A DNA stretch of 32,000 nucleotides from assembly GCA_041649575.1 (NCBI GenBank), contig JBAZMW010000003.1, positions 90,001 to 122,000 on the forward strand, read 5' to 3'. The notes beneath the pieces were generated by a model. The model was not told the origin of the DNA, ran no database searches, and was given only the letters and a program-made list of their open reading frames with translations. The stretch is from Patescibacteria group bacterium (GTDB taxonomy: Bacteria; Patescibacteriota; Patescibacteriia; 2-01-FULL-39-33). The position numbers were made by a program, and so were the translations under genes. How positions within the stretch are numbered: the first letter of the stretch is position 1; every line of letters begins with the position of its first letter. Positions 16,524 through 26,380 of the stretch are shown piece after piece.

Positions 16524-18650
16524 TTACCTCTTTTTTTCGCCTGAACGGCCTTCTTTTATCTTTTCTTCGACATTTTTGGGAACCTCGGCATATTTCAAAA
16601 ATTCCATAGTGTAAGACGCTCGGCCTTGGGTAATAGAACGAAGCTGGGTGGCATAGCCAAACATTTCGGCTAGTGGCACTTCGGCACCGATTACTTTGAC
16701 AGAGGAAGCTCCCTCTCCGCGATCTTCCATCGAGCCGATAATGGCTCGGCGGGAATTCAAATCGCCAATAGCGTCACCCATGAATTGTTCCGGAGTGACG
16801 ACTTCCACTTTCATAATTGGTTCTAGAATTATCGGGCTAGCCTTTTTGACGCCTTCTTGCAAAGCCAGAGAGCCGGCGATTTTAAAAGCCGCCTCCGAGG
16901 AATCAACCTCATGAAAAGAACCATCATAAACCGAGGCCTTGATACCAATTAAATGATAACCGGCGATAACCCCCCTGTCCATGGCTTCGCGTACACCTTT
17001 TTCTATCGGTTTGATATATTCTTTGGGAATAATGCCTCCCTTAATTTCATCGACAAATTCAAAAATCTGGCCATCGGTTAAGGGCTCTATTTTTAACCAA
17101 CAGTGACCATATTGGCCACGACCGCCCGATTGGCGGATGTATTTACCTTCGGCTTCAGCCTTGCCTTTGATGGTTTCTTTATAAGCCACCTGTGGCGCGC
17201 CAATATTGGCCTCCACTTTAAACTCACGTTTCATGCGATCAATAATAATATCCAAATGCAACTCACCCATACCGGAAATAATCGTCTGCATCGTTTCTTC
17301 ATCAGTATGCACTCGAAAAGTGGGATCTTCCTCGGCCAGCTTAGCCAAAGCAACACCCATCTTTTCCTGGTCGGCCTTGGTTTTTGGTTCGACGGCAATA
17401 TCAATAACCGGGTCAGGGAAAGTAATTTTTTCGAGCAGAACATCATAACCGGCTTCGGAAAGAGTGTCGCCGGTGGTAGTTCCTTTGAGACCGACAATGG
17501 CGGCAATTTCACCGGAATAAACCTCGGTGATTTCTTCTCTAGAATTAGCGTGCATGCGTAAAATACGTCCAACTCTCTCTTTGTCGCCGCTGGAATTGTT
17601 TTGGATATAAGAACCGGATTTGAGAACGCCACTATAAACCCGGAAGAAAATCAGTTTGCCGACAAAAGGATCGGTAGCTACCTTGAAAGCCAGGCCAATC
17701 AAAGGAGCATCGTCTTTAACATCAACTTTGATCTCTTTGGTTTCATCTTGAGAGTGATGACCAATTGGCGCGGCCACCTCCAGTGGCGACGGCAAAAACT
17801 CATCAACGGCATTAAGTAAGAACTGCACACCTTTATTTTTCAAAGCCGAACCGCAAAGAATAGGGACGATTTTATTGCTAACGGTGGCTTTTCTCAATCC
17901 TCTTTTTAGTTCTTCGATTGATAGTTCCTGGCCGGCAAGATATTTCTCCATTAAAATTTCATCGTTTTCAGCGATCGCTTCCACTAATTTAGAGCGATAT
18001 TCTTTGGCACGTTCTAGTTCGTCGGCAGGGACATCAACAATTTCCCATTTGGTGCCCAAATCGTCCAAATAAATTTCCGCCTTCATCTCAAATAAATCAA
18101 TAATGCCCTTGAAGGTTTCGGCGGCACCAATCGGCAACTGAATGGGATGGGCGTGAGAGGTTAGGCGATTGTGAATAGTTTTTAAATCATGGTAGAAGTC
18201 GGCGCCCATTCGGTCCATTTTATTGACAAAACCGATTTTTGGCACATGATATTTCTCGCTTTGACGCCAAACGGTTTCTGATTGGGGTTCGACTCCGGCA
18301 ACACCATCGAAAACAATTACTCCGCCATCTAAAACGCGCAGGGAACGCTCTACTTCGGCAGTAAAATCAACGTGGCCAGGAGTGTCGATGATATTAATTT
18401 GAATTTCACCACCGCCAAGCCATTCGGCATTAGGCCAGAAGCAAGTGGTGGCGGCGCTGGTTATGGTTATGCCCCGCTCTCTTTCTTGTTCCATCCAATC
18501 CATGGTGGCTTCGCCATCATGCACTTCGCCAATCTTGTGTTTCTTTCCGGTGTAAAACAAAATGCGCTCGGAGACCGTGGTCTTGCCGGCGTCGATATGA
18601 GCAATGATTCCTATATTTCTGACCTTTTCCAGTGGTTGTTGTCGTGGCAT
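16524..18650 (-). CDS. fusA: Elongation factor G
   Basis: [25 protein letters not shown]... [27 protein letters not shown]... YKETI. Confidence 0.99.
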   Translation of the reverse strand: MPRQQPLEKVRNIGIIAHIDAGKTTVSERILFYTGKKHKIGEVHDGEATMDWMEQERERGITITSAATTCFWPNAEWLGGGEIQINIIDTPGHVDFTAEVERSLRVLDGGVIVFDGVAGVEPQSETVWRQSEKYHVPKIGFVNKMDRMGADFYHDLKTIHNRLTSHAHPIQLPIGAAETFKGIIDLFEMKAEIYLDDLGTKWEIVDVPADELERAKEYRSKLVEAIAENDEILMEKYLAGQELSIEELKRGLRKATVSNKIVPILCGSALKNKGVQFLLNAVDEFLPSPLEVAAPIGHHSQDETKEIKVDVKDDAPLIGLAFKVATDPFVGKLIFFRVYSGVLKSGSYIQNNSSGDKERVGRILRMHANSREEITEVYSGEIAAIVGLKGTTTGDTLSEAGYDVLLEKITFPDPVIDIAVEPKTKADQEKMGVALAKLAEEDPTFRVHTDEETMQTIISGMGELHLDIIIDRMKREFKVEANIGAPQVAYKETIKGKAEAEGKYIRQSGGRGQYGHCWLKIEPLTDGQIFEFVDEIKGGIIPKEYIKPIEKGVREAMDRGVIAGYHLIGIKASVYDGSFHEVDSSEAAFKIAGSLALQEGVKKASPIILEPIMKVEVVTPEQFMGDAIGDLNSRRAIIGSMEDRGEGASSVKVIGAEVPLAEMFGYATQLRSITQGRASYTMEFLKYAEVPKNVEEKIKEGRSGEKKR

Positions 18651-18687
18651 AATTATTGACTGTCCTTAAATGTTAAGTTGTTTATAA

Positions 18688-19155
18688 TTAATAACTAAAA
18701 TGGGCAAAAGCGCGGTTGGCTTCGGCCATACGATAAGTGTCCTGTTTTTTCTTAATGGCGGCACCCTCATTATTGGCGGCAACCATAATCTCATCGGCCA
18801 ATTTTTCGGCCATCTTTTTACCTCGACGATCATGAGCCGCCTTAATCAACCAGCGACAACCCAAAGTAAAGCTGCGTTCTGGACGGACTGCCACCGGCAC
18901 CTGATAATTGGCGCCACCAACACGACGGCCACGAATTTCTACCGTTGGCGAGATATTTTTGATAGCGATACCAAATAAGTCTAGCGGATCTTGTTTGGTT
19001 TTTTCGGAAATAATTGACAGGGCGTCATAAACCACCTTTTCCGCCGTTGATCTTTTGCCACCGTGCATAATATAATTGATGAATTTAGCCAGATCTTCAC
19101 GATTAAATTTGGCGTCAGGTTTGATTTTTCTCTTAGTTGCCGATTTTCCACGCAT
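18688..19155 (-). CDS. rpsG: 30S ribosomal protein S7
   Basis: LAKFINYIMHGGKRSTAEKVVYDAL... VEIRGRRVGGANYQVPVAV. Confidence 0.97.
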   Translation of the reverse strand: MRGKSATKRKIKPDAKFNREDLAKFINYIMHGGKRSTAEKVVYDALSIISEKTKQDPLDLFGIAIKNISPTVEIRGRRVGGANYQVPVAVRPERSFTLGCRWLIKAAHDRRGKKMAEKLADEIMVAANNEGAAIKKKQDTYRMAEANRAFAHFSY

Positions 19156-19184
19156 ATTGGTTAAATAGACAGTAATTAATTTAA

Positions 19185-19613
19185 TTATTTGGAGGCCTGC
19201 TTCTCTTTTTTAGCTCCATAAAGACTACGCCCCCGTTTGCGGCCAGAAACCCCAGCGCTATCATAAACGCCACGCACCAAATGGTAACGGACGCCAGGCA
19301 GGTCCTTGACCCTGCCGCCACGCACTAAAACAATAGAATGCTCTTGTAAATTATGGCCAACTCCTGGGATGTAAGCGGTGACTTCCTGACCATTAGACAA
19401 GCGAACTCTGGCGATCTTACGCAAAGCAGAGTTTGGCTTCTTGGGTGTAGTCGTCCTGACCTGCAAACAAACCCCACGCTTAAAAGAATTGCCTTTGGGC
19501 ATAGAATGCCGCCGGCGATGCAGGCTGTCTAAAGTCAGCTGTAAATCCGGGGTTTTAGACTTTGTCTTTTTTGATTTACGGCCTTTTCTTAGTAATTGAC
19601 TAACGGTAGGCAT
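19185..19613 (-). CDS. rpsL: 30S ribosomal protein S12
   Basis: [12 protein letters not shown]... [58 protein letters not shown]; start moved from 19715 to MPTVSQ. Confidence 0.97.
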   Translation of the reverse strand: MPTVSQLLRKGRKSKKTKSKTPDLQLTLDSLHRRRHSMPKGNSFKRGVCLQVRTTTPKKPNSALRKIARVRLSNGQEVTAYIPGVGHNLQEHSIVLVRGGRVKDLPGVRYHLVRGVYDSAGVSGRKRGRSLYGAKKEKQASK

Positions 19614-19746
19614 AATTGTGGTTATAAAAAATCCCGTTTTGGGATTCCCTGAATCGAATTTTGTTTTTACCCAGTCAAATCCTGCTTTGATTAGGATCGC
19701 TGACGGGCGAATCAAGGAAACTTTAGTTTATTAACAGACAATAGAT

Positions 19747-19775
19747 ATATTAAACAATTAGGCTGAAAAAGTCAA
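19747..19775 (-). promoter_or_regulatory. Probable main promoter of the rpsL-initiated ribosomal operon
   Basis: Minus strand TTGACT - 17 nt - TAATAT upstream of rpsL. Confidence 0.55.
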
Positions 19776-19802
19776 GGATTTGCCCAGCGAACCCAACTGG
19801 CT

Positions 19803-20444
19803 CTACAAATTCAGCAGTCTTTGCAAAAGCTGAAGAATAAAATCAAAAATAATATTAAGAACGCCCCGATTGAAAAAGCTATCAATGATAATTAACACTA
19901 ATAAAACCCAGGGACCATTGAAAGAAAGCCAATTTTTGAAATTATTGTATTTATCTGGCAATAGACTGAATAAAACCCGAGAGCCATCAAGCGGCGGAAT
20001 CGGTATTAAATTAAAAACCATTAAAACCACATTAACCACAAATAAGGAATACAAAAAATAGACCAATAAATTCTGTACGCCCAAATAGGGCGAAATTAAT
20101 TTCAATAAAATTGCCGAGATAATAAGCAGAATTAAATTGGCAATGGGCCCGGCTGCCGAAACTAAGCCAGAGGAAATTTTGGGATTTCTTAGATTATAGG
20201 GATTGACCGGCACCGGTTTGGCCCAGCCAAAAGCCGGCAAACCCATAAAGACTAGAGCTAGAGGCAAAAGAACCGTACCAAACCAATCAATATGAGCCAG
20301 CGGGTTTAGAGTCAACCGGCCCATGGCTTCGGCAGTGTTATCACCAAAATATTTAGCTGAAGCGGCATGAGCAAATTCATGAATGGTCAAAGAGACAATC
20401 ACCCCAACAAAAGAGAGAATGAGAATTAAGATATTATTATCCAT
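19803..20444 (-). CDS. Site-2 protease family (M50) membrane metallopeptidase
   Basis: LTIHEFAHAASAKYFGDNTAEAMGRLTLNPLAHID (HExxH-type) and NLIPIPPLDGSRVL; start at MDNNILIL rather than 20576. Confidence 0.92.
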   Translation of the reverse strand: MDNNILILILSFVGVIVSLTIHEFAHAASAKYFGDNTAEAMGRLTLNPLAHIDWFGTVLLPLALVFMGLPAFGWAKPVPVNPYNLRNPKISSGLVSAAGPIANLILLIISAILLKLISPYLGVQNLLVYFLYSLFVVNVVLMVFNLIPIPPLDGSRVLFSLLPDKYNNFKNWLSFNGPWVLLVLIIIDSFFNRGVLNIIFDFILQLLQRLLNL

Positions 20445-20707
20445 ATAAATTTCGTTTATTTCGGAGTCAGATAAATAATAACATGGCCGTAATATTTTTA
20501 CAATTTCCAATAAATCCGCTTGGCTATTGAAAAAAATATAGAAATATGTTAATTTTAATGAACCCAGGCGTTGCAAAACAAGAGGCTGGTCGGGCGCGTT
20601 CTATAATCTTAAACAAATCAAATACCGCTTTCACCGACTAAAGCCAGAAGTAGACAAAACGTTTTTAGAAGACGTTTCTAAATAAAATCTAATAAATAAC
20701 AAAATTC

Positions 20708-20899
20708 ATGGCAAAAACTTGCGCTATTTGCGGCCGAGGTACGACTACGGCTTTTAATGTCAGCCACTCCAAAGTCAAAACCAAAAGAACGCAAAAAATA
20801 AATTTACAAAACAAAACAGTTGACGGAAAAAAAATCAGAATTTGCACCAGTTGCATTAAAACACAGAATAAGAACAAGAAACAAAAAACGGCGAAATAA
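20708..20899 (+). CDS. rpmB: 50S ribosomal protein L28
   Basis: MAKTCAICGRGTTTAFNVSHSKVKTKRTQKINLQ... KKIRICTSCIKT. Confidence 0.93.
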   Translation: MAKTCAICGRGTTTAFNVSHSKVKTKRTQKINLQNKTVDGKKIRICTSCIKTQNKNKKQKTAK

Positions 20900-20912
20900 A
20901 CGCCGCTTTTTT
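20889..20912 (+). terminator. Rho-independent terminator overlapping the rpmB stop
   Basis: CGGCG-AAATAAA-CGCCG-CTTTTTT. Confidence 0.75.
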
Positions 20913-20951
20913 GTAGAAAAATTAATTTTGGAAGCTGGTATTAAAAAATAA

Positions 20952-22025
20952 TTAAAGTCCCAGTACCTCTACTAACCTCTTTATCATTGCTACCACTACC
21001 GGCGGAGCCAACAGGCTGTAGGAATCGACACTATTGTCGTCTTTAACAATCCAGGGCTTCTCTTTAACTTGAGGTTGGCCGCTTTCATCTAATTCATAAT
21101 AATACTCGGGGGTGATTTCATAATCATCAACATATTCAGCGGCCTGATCGACAGGAATGGCATTTCTCAATAAAACTTTTGGTAAGCCGTGTAATTCTAA
21201 AATTTTATTAATTAACTTGTCATCCAATTCCAATCGGTCACGAATCGCCTCCACGCCCAAATCATCCCCCTCTTTAGGCACCATTCTCGACCGACCACAG
21301 GCAGAGTTGTCACAAATTAAATAAAATTGTTTTTGTTCCTGGTCGTAGCCAACTTCTTTGGTTGCCAAAGTCTTCAAACTGCGAGGTGTTTTACAAACCG
21401 GGCAAACTACTCTTGATTTCATGCGCTGATCAATGACTGTCTCCGGAATACTAATAGCCACAAAGACATCGGGGTCCTGACGGTAATTAATCAAGTCTCT
21501 AAAAAACAGGGAGTAAGAAATCTGGTCCAGGTCGCGAGGAAAGCCATCAATAAAAAGAGTTTTCTTGGGCAATTTATCAATCTCTCTTTTTAAGAGCGTC
21601 AAAATAAACTCTGTTGGTAGCAGTGTTTTGGTGTTACGGCCCAACAGCGCGTCCAAGGCTTCTTCAACTGAAATATAGCCTCGATAATTATTTTTTAAGA
21701 AATCTATTAACTCCTGTTTTTTGTCTTTGTCTTCCATGTCCGCATGCACCGCTCGCACCACGTCGCCAACGGAAATGTGGCTAATTTTGTCGGCGCCAAA
21801 AATTTCTACCATTAACTTGGTATAAGTGCCTTTACCGGAATTTTTTTTGCCCAGGAGATAGGCAATAAAAGTATTTTCGGAAAAAAAACTTTTTAACTTT
21901 TTTACCTCTTCGCCGGCCTTGGCCATAAAGTATTCCAGCCTGATTTGTGGGTCTGCTAAATCAAATTTTTTGTCTAAGCCGGAAATCTTGATCTTGGTTA
22001 GAGGAAATTCAAACTTTTGCTCCAT
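20952..22025 (-). CDS. Large adenylate-kinase-like nucleoside monophosphate kinase
   Basis: 357 aa; GKKNSGKGTYTKLM P-loop, LFIDGFPRDLDQISY, Zn-type lid CPVC...CDNSACG; clearly different from the adk at 3030-3707. Confidence 0.8.
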   Translation of the reverse strand: MEQKFEFPLTKIKISGLDKKFDLADPQIRLEYFMAKAGEEVKKLKSFFSENTFIAYLLGKKNSGKGTYTKLMVEIFGADKISHISVGDVVRAVHADMEDKDKKQELIDFLKNNYRGYISVEEALDALLGRNTKTLLPTEFILTLLKREIDKLPKKTLFIDGFPRDLDQISYSLFFRDLINYRQDPDVFVAISIPETVIDQRMKSRVVCPVCKTPRSLKTLATKEVGYDQEQKQFYLICDNSACGRSRMVPKEGDDLGVEAIRDRLELDDKLINKILELHGLPKVLLRNAIPVDQAAEYVDDYEITPEYYYELDESGQPQVKEKPWIVKDDNSVDSYSLLAPPVVVAMIKRLVEVLGL

Positions 22026-22047
22026 AACTTAAATTTTAATTTATTAA

Positions 22048-22425
22048 TTATAAAAGTAATTCTTTGATTTTTTGAATGACTTCTGCGGGAGTATGCTGGG
22101 ATTTAACAAAATAATCAGCCGCACCGGCTTGCATTCCTTTGTCTCTATCTGATTCCTGGCCCAAATTGGTCAGAAGCAGCACGGGTATATCTTTGGTGCT
22201 GTCATCGCTCTTAAGGCTATCCAGTATTGTAAAACCATCTGTTTCTGGTAAAATCACGTCCAAAAGGATAATGGCAAATTTATTTTCTTTAGCCAGCTCC
22301 AGAACTTCGCTCCCCTTTTCGGTCACCATAACCTCATAACCCTCCTCTTCTAAACGCAATTTATACATCTCGACAATCATTGGATCGTCTTCAACCAACA
22401 AAACTTTATTCTTTGTTTCTTCCAT
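22048..22425 (-). CDS. Stand-alone response-regulator receiver domain protein
   Basis: KVLLVEDDPMIVEMYKLRLEEEGYEV... AIILLDVILPETDGF... VLLLTN... GAADYFVKS; no output domain. Confidence 0.93.
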   Translation of the reverse strand: MEETKNKVLLVEDDPMIVEMYKLRLEEEGYEVMVTEKGSEVLELAKENKFAIILLDVILPETDGFTILDSLKSDDSTKDIPVLLLTNLGQESDRDKGMQAGAADYFVKSQHTPAEVIQKIKELLL

Positions 22426-22488
22426 AAAATTTAAATTATTTCTAAAGTAAGGTTATCTTACCAAAATAAAAGACTGGTGGCAACCCTA

Positions 22489-23391
22489 TCAAAAAGCGGT
22501 GATTGTCTGGCCATCGCTGAAAAAACGAATATCGCCTAATTGATCGGTGCGAAGAATTCTTGTTCCGATCTTTTTTAAATTGTATAAAGCTCTGTAATGC
22601 GGATGGCCAAAGCTATTTTTGCCGACAGAAATGACCGCGGCGACAGGGCTAACCGCCCGCAAGAAATCTAAATCATTGGCATTATTAGAACCATGATGAC
22701 CAATTTTCAAAATATCGCTTTTAAGCGGCACCCCCGATTGCAAAAGTAATTCTTCTTCTGCCTCGTAATCACCCATCAGTAAAACAGAGGTACTGGCATA
22801 AACTAATTTGGCTACCAAAGAAGAGTTGTTTAAATTTTCCAGCCGCTTGGAAGATGGTTCTCGTCCAGGACTTAGGATTTTTAGTTCTAAACCAGGCTCT
22901 AAATTAATTATTTCCGGCTCGAAAGCCTGTTCCAGGGGAATATTTTTTTTATTAATTAAATCAGTAAACGTCAGTTGGGCTGGGTCGCTAGTAGTGACGG
23001 CGGTAATCAGGACTCGATTCACTTTATACCTTCTTAAAACCTCTACCAGACCAACCAGGTGATCTGCGTGAGGGTGGGTCAAAATCACTAATTCCAGCTG
23101 ACGGTCAAAGAAAGGCAGATATCGGCCCAGCTTTTCCAAAACTTTATTGTCGGGACCACCGTCAATAAGAACATCCTCACCGCCTGGCGTACGAATCAAA
23201 ATAGCATCTCCCTGACCAACGTTTAGAAAACTGATCACCAATTTTCCTTTTAAAGCTGGCGCTAGTAAACTATTAGGATAGCCCGTGAATTTGAAAACAA
23301 AAAAAACCAAGAGTAAAAACGCTGCCAACAAAATTAGAAAAATAATTTTTAAATTCTTTTTAAGATAGCTAATTGCGTTTTCAAATTTCAT
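22489..23391 (-). CDS. ComEC-type metallo-beta-lactamase domain protein (split C-terminal half of ComEC)
   Basis: NVGQGDAILIRTPGGEDVLIDGGPDN... VILTHPHADHLVGLVEVL... DILKIGHHGSNN. Confidence 0.93.
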   Translation of the reverse strand: MKFENAISYLKKNLKIIFLILLAAFLLLVFFVFKFTGYPNSLLAPALKGKLVISFLNVGQGDAILIRTPGGEDVLIDGGPDNKVLEKLGRYLPFFDRQLELVILTHPHADHLVGLVEVLRRYKVNRVLITAVTTSDPAQLTFTDLINKKNIPLEQAFEPEIINLEPGLELKILSPGREPSSKRLENLNNSSLVAKLVYASTSVLLMGDYEAEEELLLQSGVPLKSDILKIGHHGSNNANDLDFLRAVSPVAAVISVGKNSFGHPHYRALYNLKKIGTRILRTDQLGDIRFFSDGQTITAF

Positions 23392-24883
23392 AATGTTTCT
23401 TCTTTATTTTATAGTAAAAAATAATCAACAAAAAATAAAGTAAAGCTAGAAACGGCCAGCTCAAATAATTTATTTCCAGAGCAGCGAAGGGCAGGCGCGA
23501 CAAACCGTCAGTTATCACCAAAAAATAACTGGCGACCAGCCAGCTAATATAGCCAGCCAGCTGGCCTAAAGCCAGGCTGAAAACAGCAACCAAAGAATTA
23601 ATAAACCCCCAAACCATCAAAAAAGGAACTACAGGTAAAAGCAAGATGTTGGCTAAAAAAGAGACTAGCGATAATTTGTGAAAATAAAAAATTATTAGCG
23701 GCAAAGTGGTGAGTTGGGCGGCTAGTGTAAGGATAAACATTTCTTTGAGTCGCCAAGGATCTGGTATTTTTTGGAAAAGAGACATTAATAGAGGCGAAAA
23801 ATGGATCAGGCCAATGACTGCCAGGAAAGATAACTGAAAGCCAATATCATTTAATAAAACCAGCGGGTTGACTAAAAGTATCGCCGAGGCCGAGAAAAAA
23901 ATCAGGTTAGTCGCCTGGCTAAGACGTCCGATTTTCTGGGCATACAAAACCATAATACCCATTACTGCCGACCTGACCGCAGAGGCCGGCGAACCAATCA
24001 TTAAAACATAAAGAATTATAATTACTAAGGAGAACCAAAAAGATTTTTGACGAGAAATTCCCAAACTAATAGCTAAAACAGACAATAAGGAAGCAATAAT
24101 TGCTATATGTGAGCCGGAAACGGCTATGATGTGGGTGATGCCGGTTTGAGAAAATCTAGCCAGCCATTCCTGACTCAAACCTTCACGTCTGTTTAAAATC
24201 AGGGCTTGTAAAAAAGCATTCTGTGGTTCGCCCAGACTGCGACTTAGGCCAGAAGACAGCCGATCGCCAACCTTGAGCAATAAGGAATTAGCTCTGACTA
24301 AATAATTGCTACTAAAGCCGGCTTTTTGGATCTCTTGCGGCCAGCAAAGTGAATAAATATTATAACTAGATAAATATTTGCCATAATCAAAGTCATTGAT
24401 TGTGCCAGGACTCTCTAGTCGGCAACCAACCCTTAAAACCTCACCATAAGTATATTGGGGATAAAGTCCGGTTGTGATAAGCACCTTGCCAGAAACCGGC
24501 ACACGCTGGCCGCCAGCAGAAACAGACTCGACAATCAGGGTCATTTTTTGTTTATCAATTCTTCTGTCGATGTTGGCAAGACGACCAGTTAACTCCGGTT
24601 GGCTACCGTTATAAAAATAAATTTGTTGGGGGTTGGAAAAATCTGGCAAGGCCACTTGATAACGCCAGAAACCAAGCAAACAAAAAATTAGCAACAAAAA
24701 AACCAGTCTCAAATAGGTATTGGAAAAACAAAAAATCAGTCCCAGGACTGAAAAGAGGGCCCCTAAAAAAATCAGAAAGTGGCTAAAAGAAAAAAAATTA
24801 CCGATCAAGATTCCTAAAATCAAAGCCGCCTGACAAGACAAAAAAAATTTAGCCTTTGATTGCGTCAACCTCCTTAAACGCAT
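23381..24883 (-). CDS. comEC: ComEC/Rec2 competence transmembrane domain protein (split N-terminal half)
   Basis: GITHIIAVSGSHIAIIASLLS, PASAVRSAVMGIMVLYAQKIGR, NPLVLLNDIGFQLSFLAVIGLI; overlaps the downstream MBL ORF by 11 nt. Confidence 0.93.
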   Translation of the reverse strand: MRLRRLTQSKAKFFLSCQAALILGILIGNFFSFSHFLIFLGALFSVLGLIFCFSNTYLRLVFLLLIFCLLGFWRYQVALPDFSNPQQIYFYNGSQPELTGRLANIDRRIDKQKMTLIVESVSAGGQRVPVSGKVLITTGLYPQYTYGEVLRVGCRLESPGTINDFDYGKYLSSYNIYSLCWPQEIQKAGFSSNYLVRANSLLLKVGDRLSSGLSRSLGEPQNAFLQALILNRREGLSQEWLARFSQTGITHIIAVSGSHIAIIASLLSVLAISLGISRQKSFWFSLVIIILYVLMIGSPASAVRSAVMGIMVLYAQKIGRLSQATNLIFFSASAILLVNPLVLLNDIGFQLSFLAVIGLIHFSPLLMSLFQKIPDPWRLKEMFILTLAAQLTTLPLIIFYFHKLSLVSFLANILLLPVVPFLMVWGFINSLVAVFSLALGQLAGYISWLVASYFLVITDGLSRLPFAALEINYLSWPFLALLYFLLIIFYYKIKKKHYEI

Positions 24884-24892
24884 TAAAACAAA

Positions 24893-25985
24893 TTATTTTT
24901 TAATTTTCTGCCGCAGGTAGCTTTCGACCAGTTCATTAATTTTGCCGGCCAAAACACCATCCACGTCGGCTGTTTCATAAGTGCTGCGGTGGTCTTTGAC
25001 CAGCTTATAGGGCTGTAAAACATAGGATCGCGCTTGATTACCCCATTGCGCTCGTAAATATTCGCCCTTTATTTCTTTAAGCTTGTCACTTTCCTGTTCG
25101 GTATAATATTTGAGCAACTTGGCCTTTAAAAGCTTGAGAGCATTATTTTTATTTTGAAGCTGCGAACGCTCGTTCTGACATTTTACGCTGAGGCCACTGG
25201 GCAAATGTGTAAGACGCACCGCCGAATCGGTGGTATTAACCGATTGGCCGCCGTGGCCAGAAGAACGCATCACCTCTACTTTTAAATCATCGTCCCTAAG
25301 GGGGATCTCTTTTATCTCTTCTATTTCCGGCAGAACTTCAACCAAGGCAAAAGAGGTGTGTCGCATCTTTTCGGCGTCAAAAGGAGAAATGCGCACCAGG
25401 CGGTGAACCCCGTTTTCGCTCTTCAGCCAACCATAGGCATAACGGCCAGCTACCTCCAAAACCACATTTTTTAAACCAGCTTCTGAACCAGCGACCTCGT
25501 CAATAATCTTGGCCGAAAAATTATGTCGCTCGCAAAATCTTAAATACATCCTTAGTAACATTTGAGCCCAATCTTGGGCGTCAACACCACCAGTGCCGGC
25601 ATGAATTGATAAAATAGCGTTATTTTTGTCGTACTGGCCGGCGAATAAAACCAAAAATTCCAGCTGCTTAAAATTATTTTCCAACTTCTCCAACTTAAGT
25701 CTAATCTCTTCCAGTAAAGCTTCGTCTTGTTTGGCTAATTTAACTAACTCTAAAAGCTCGTCTAACTCTTTTTTTAAGTCATGCCACTGATTAAATTCCG
25801 TTTTGGCATTATCGTAATCTTTGGTTAAGGCTTTGGCTTTGACTGATTCCAGCCAAAAATCCGGCCGGGCGATTTCTTTGTCCCAGGACAATAACTGTTG
25901 CTTTAAGCCATCCAAGTCAAAGCAACCTCCAAGACCCAGAGACCTGTTTTTGCAAATCTTTAATTTGAGAAATTAGCTCTTTCAT
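24893..25985 (-). CDS. prfB: Peptide chain release factor 2, with programmed +1 frameshift (join 25985..25920 and 25918..24893)
   Basis: GTGGVDAQDWAQMLLRMYLR, RSSGHGGQSVNTTDSAVRLTHLPSG. Upstream zero-frame ORF MKELISQIKDLQKQVSGSWRLL* with GGAGG TTG CTT TGA C; +1 shift gives ...RLL-DLDGLKQQLLSWDK. Confidence 0.95.
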
Positions 25986-25986
25986 T

Positions 25987-26346
25987 TTAGCGTAATTGTT
26001 TTAATTGGCTAAGTAGATCTAGGGTTCCCTGACCGCCACCTAAAAGTTCCTGATAGCTTTGATAAAAATTTTTAAATAGCGGCGGCAACCAAATGGCAGC
26101 AGCAATAATTGGTAAAATAACCACCATTATCCAAACAACGGAAATGACCGTCCGCCAAAACAGATAACGTCTGATTTTCTGAGTATCGGCATAAATCGCC
26201 TGGGAATATTTTAGATTATCTTTCAATAATTTTTCCAAGCTACTCTCCTGCTGTTTGACAAGGTATTCGGTGGCCTTGGCGTATTGAATGTCTTCTTCTA
26301 GCCGATTAAGAATATCCTGTTCTGGCATACTATTTAAATTATTCAT
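25987..26346 (-). CDS. Hypothetical single-span membrane protein
   Basis: MNNLNSMPEQDILNRLEEDIQYAKATEYL... VISVVWIMVVILPIIAAAIWL; ends 1 nt before prfB start. Confidence 0.75.
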   Translation of the reverse strand: MNNLNSMPEQDILNRLEEDIQYAKATEYLVKQQESSLEKLLKDNLKYSQAIYADTQKIRRYLFWRTVISVVWIMVVILPIIAAAIWLPPLFKNFYQSYQELLGGGQGTLDLLSQLKQLR

Positions 26347-26380
26347 TATACCTTTATCATAACAAATTATCAACTCTTTG

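Noticed and set aside
17103-17561. 152-aa plus-strand ORF antisense to fusA, plus other antisense ORFs over tuf, fusA, nrdD, ftsZ and ftsA
   Set aside because: Antisense to strongly conserved coding sequence with no independent motif; shadow ORFs.
19614-19715. N-terminal extension of S12 in the track
   Set aside because: [12 protein letters not shown] is the conserved S12 start at 19613; the extra residues are translated leader.
20664-20682. Hairpin TTTAGAA-GACGT-TTCTAAA upstream of rpmB
   Set aside because: Only 7 bp and AT-rich; too weak to call as a regulatory leader without conservation data.
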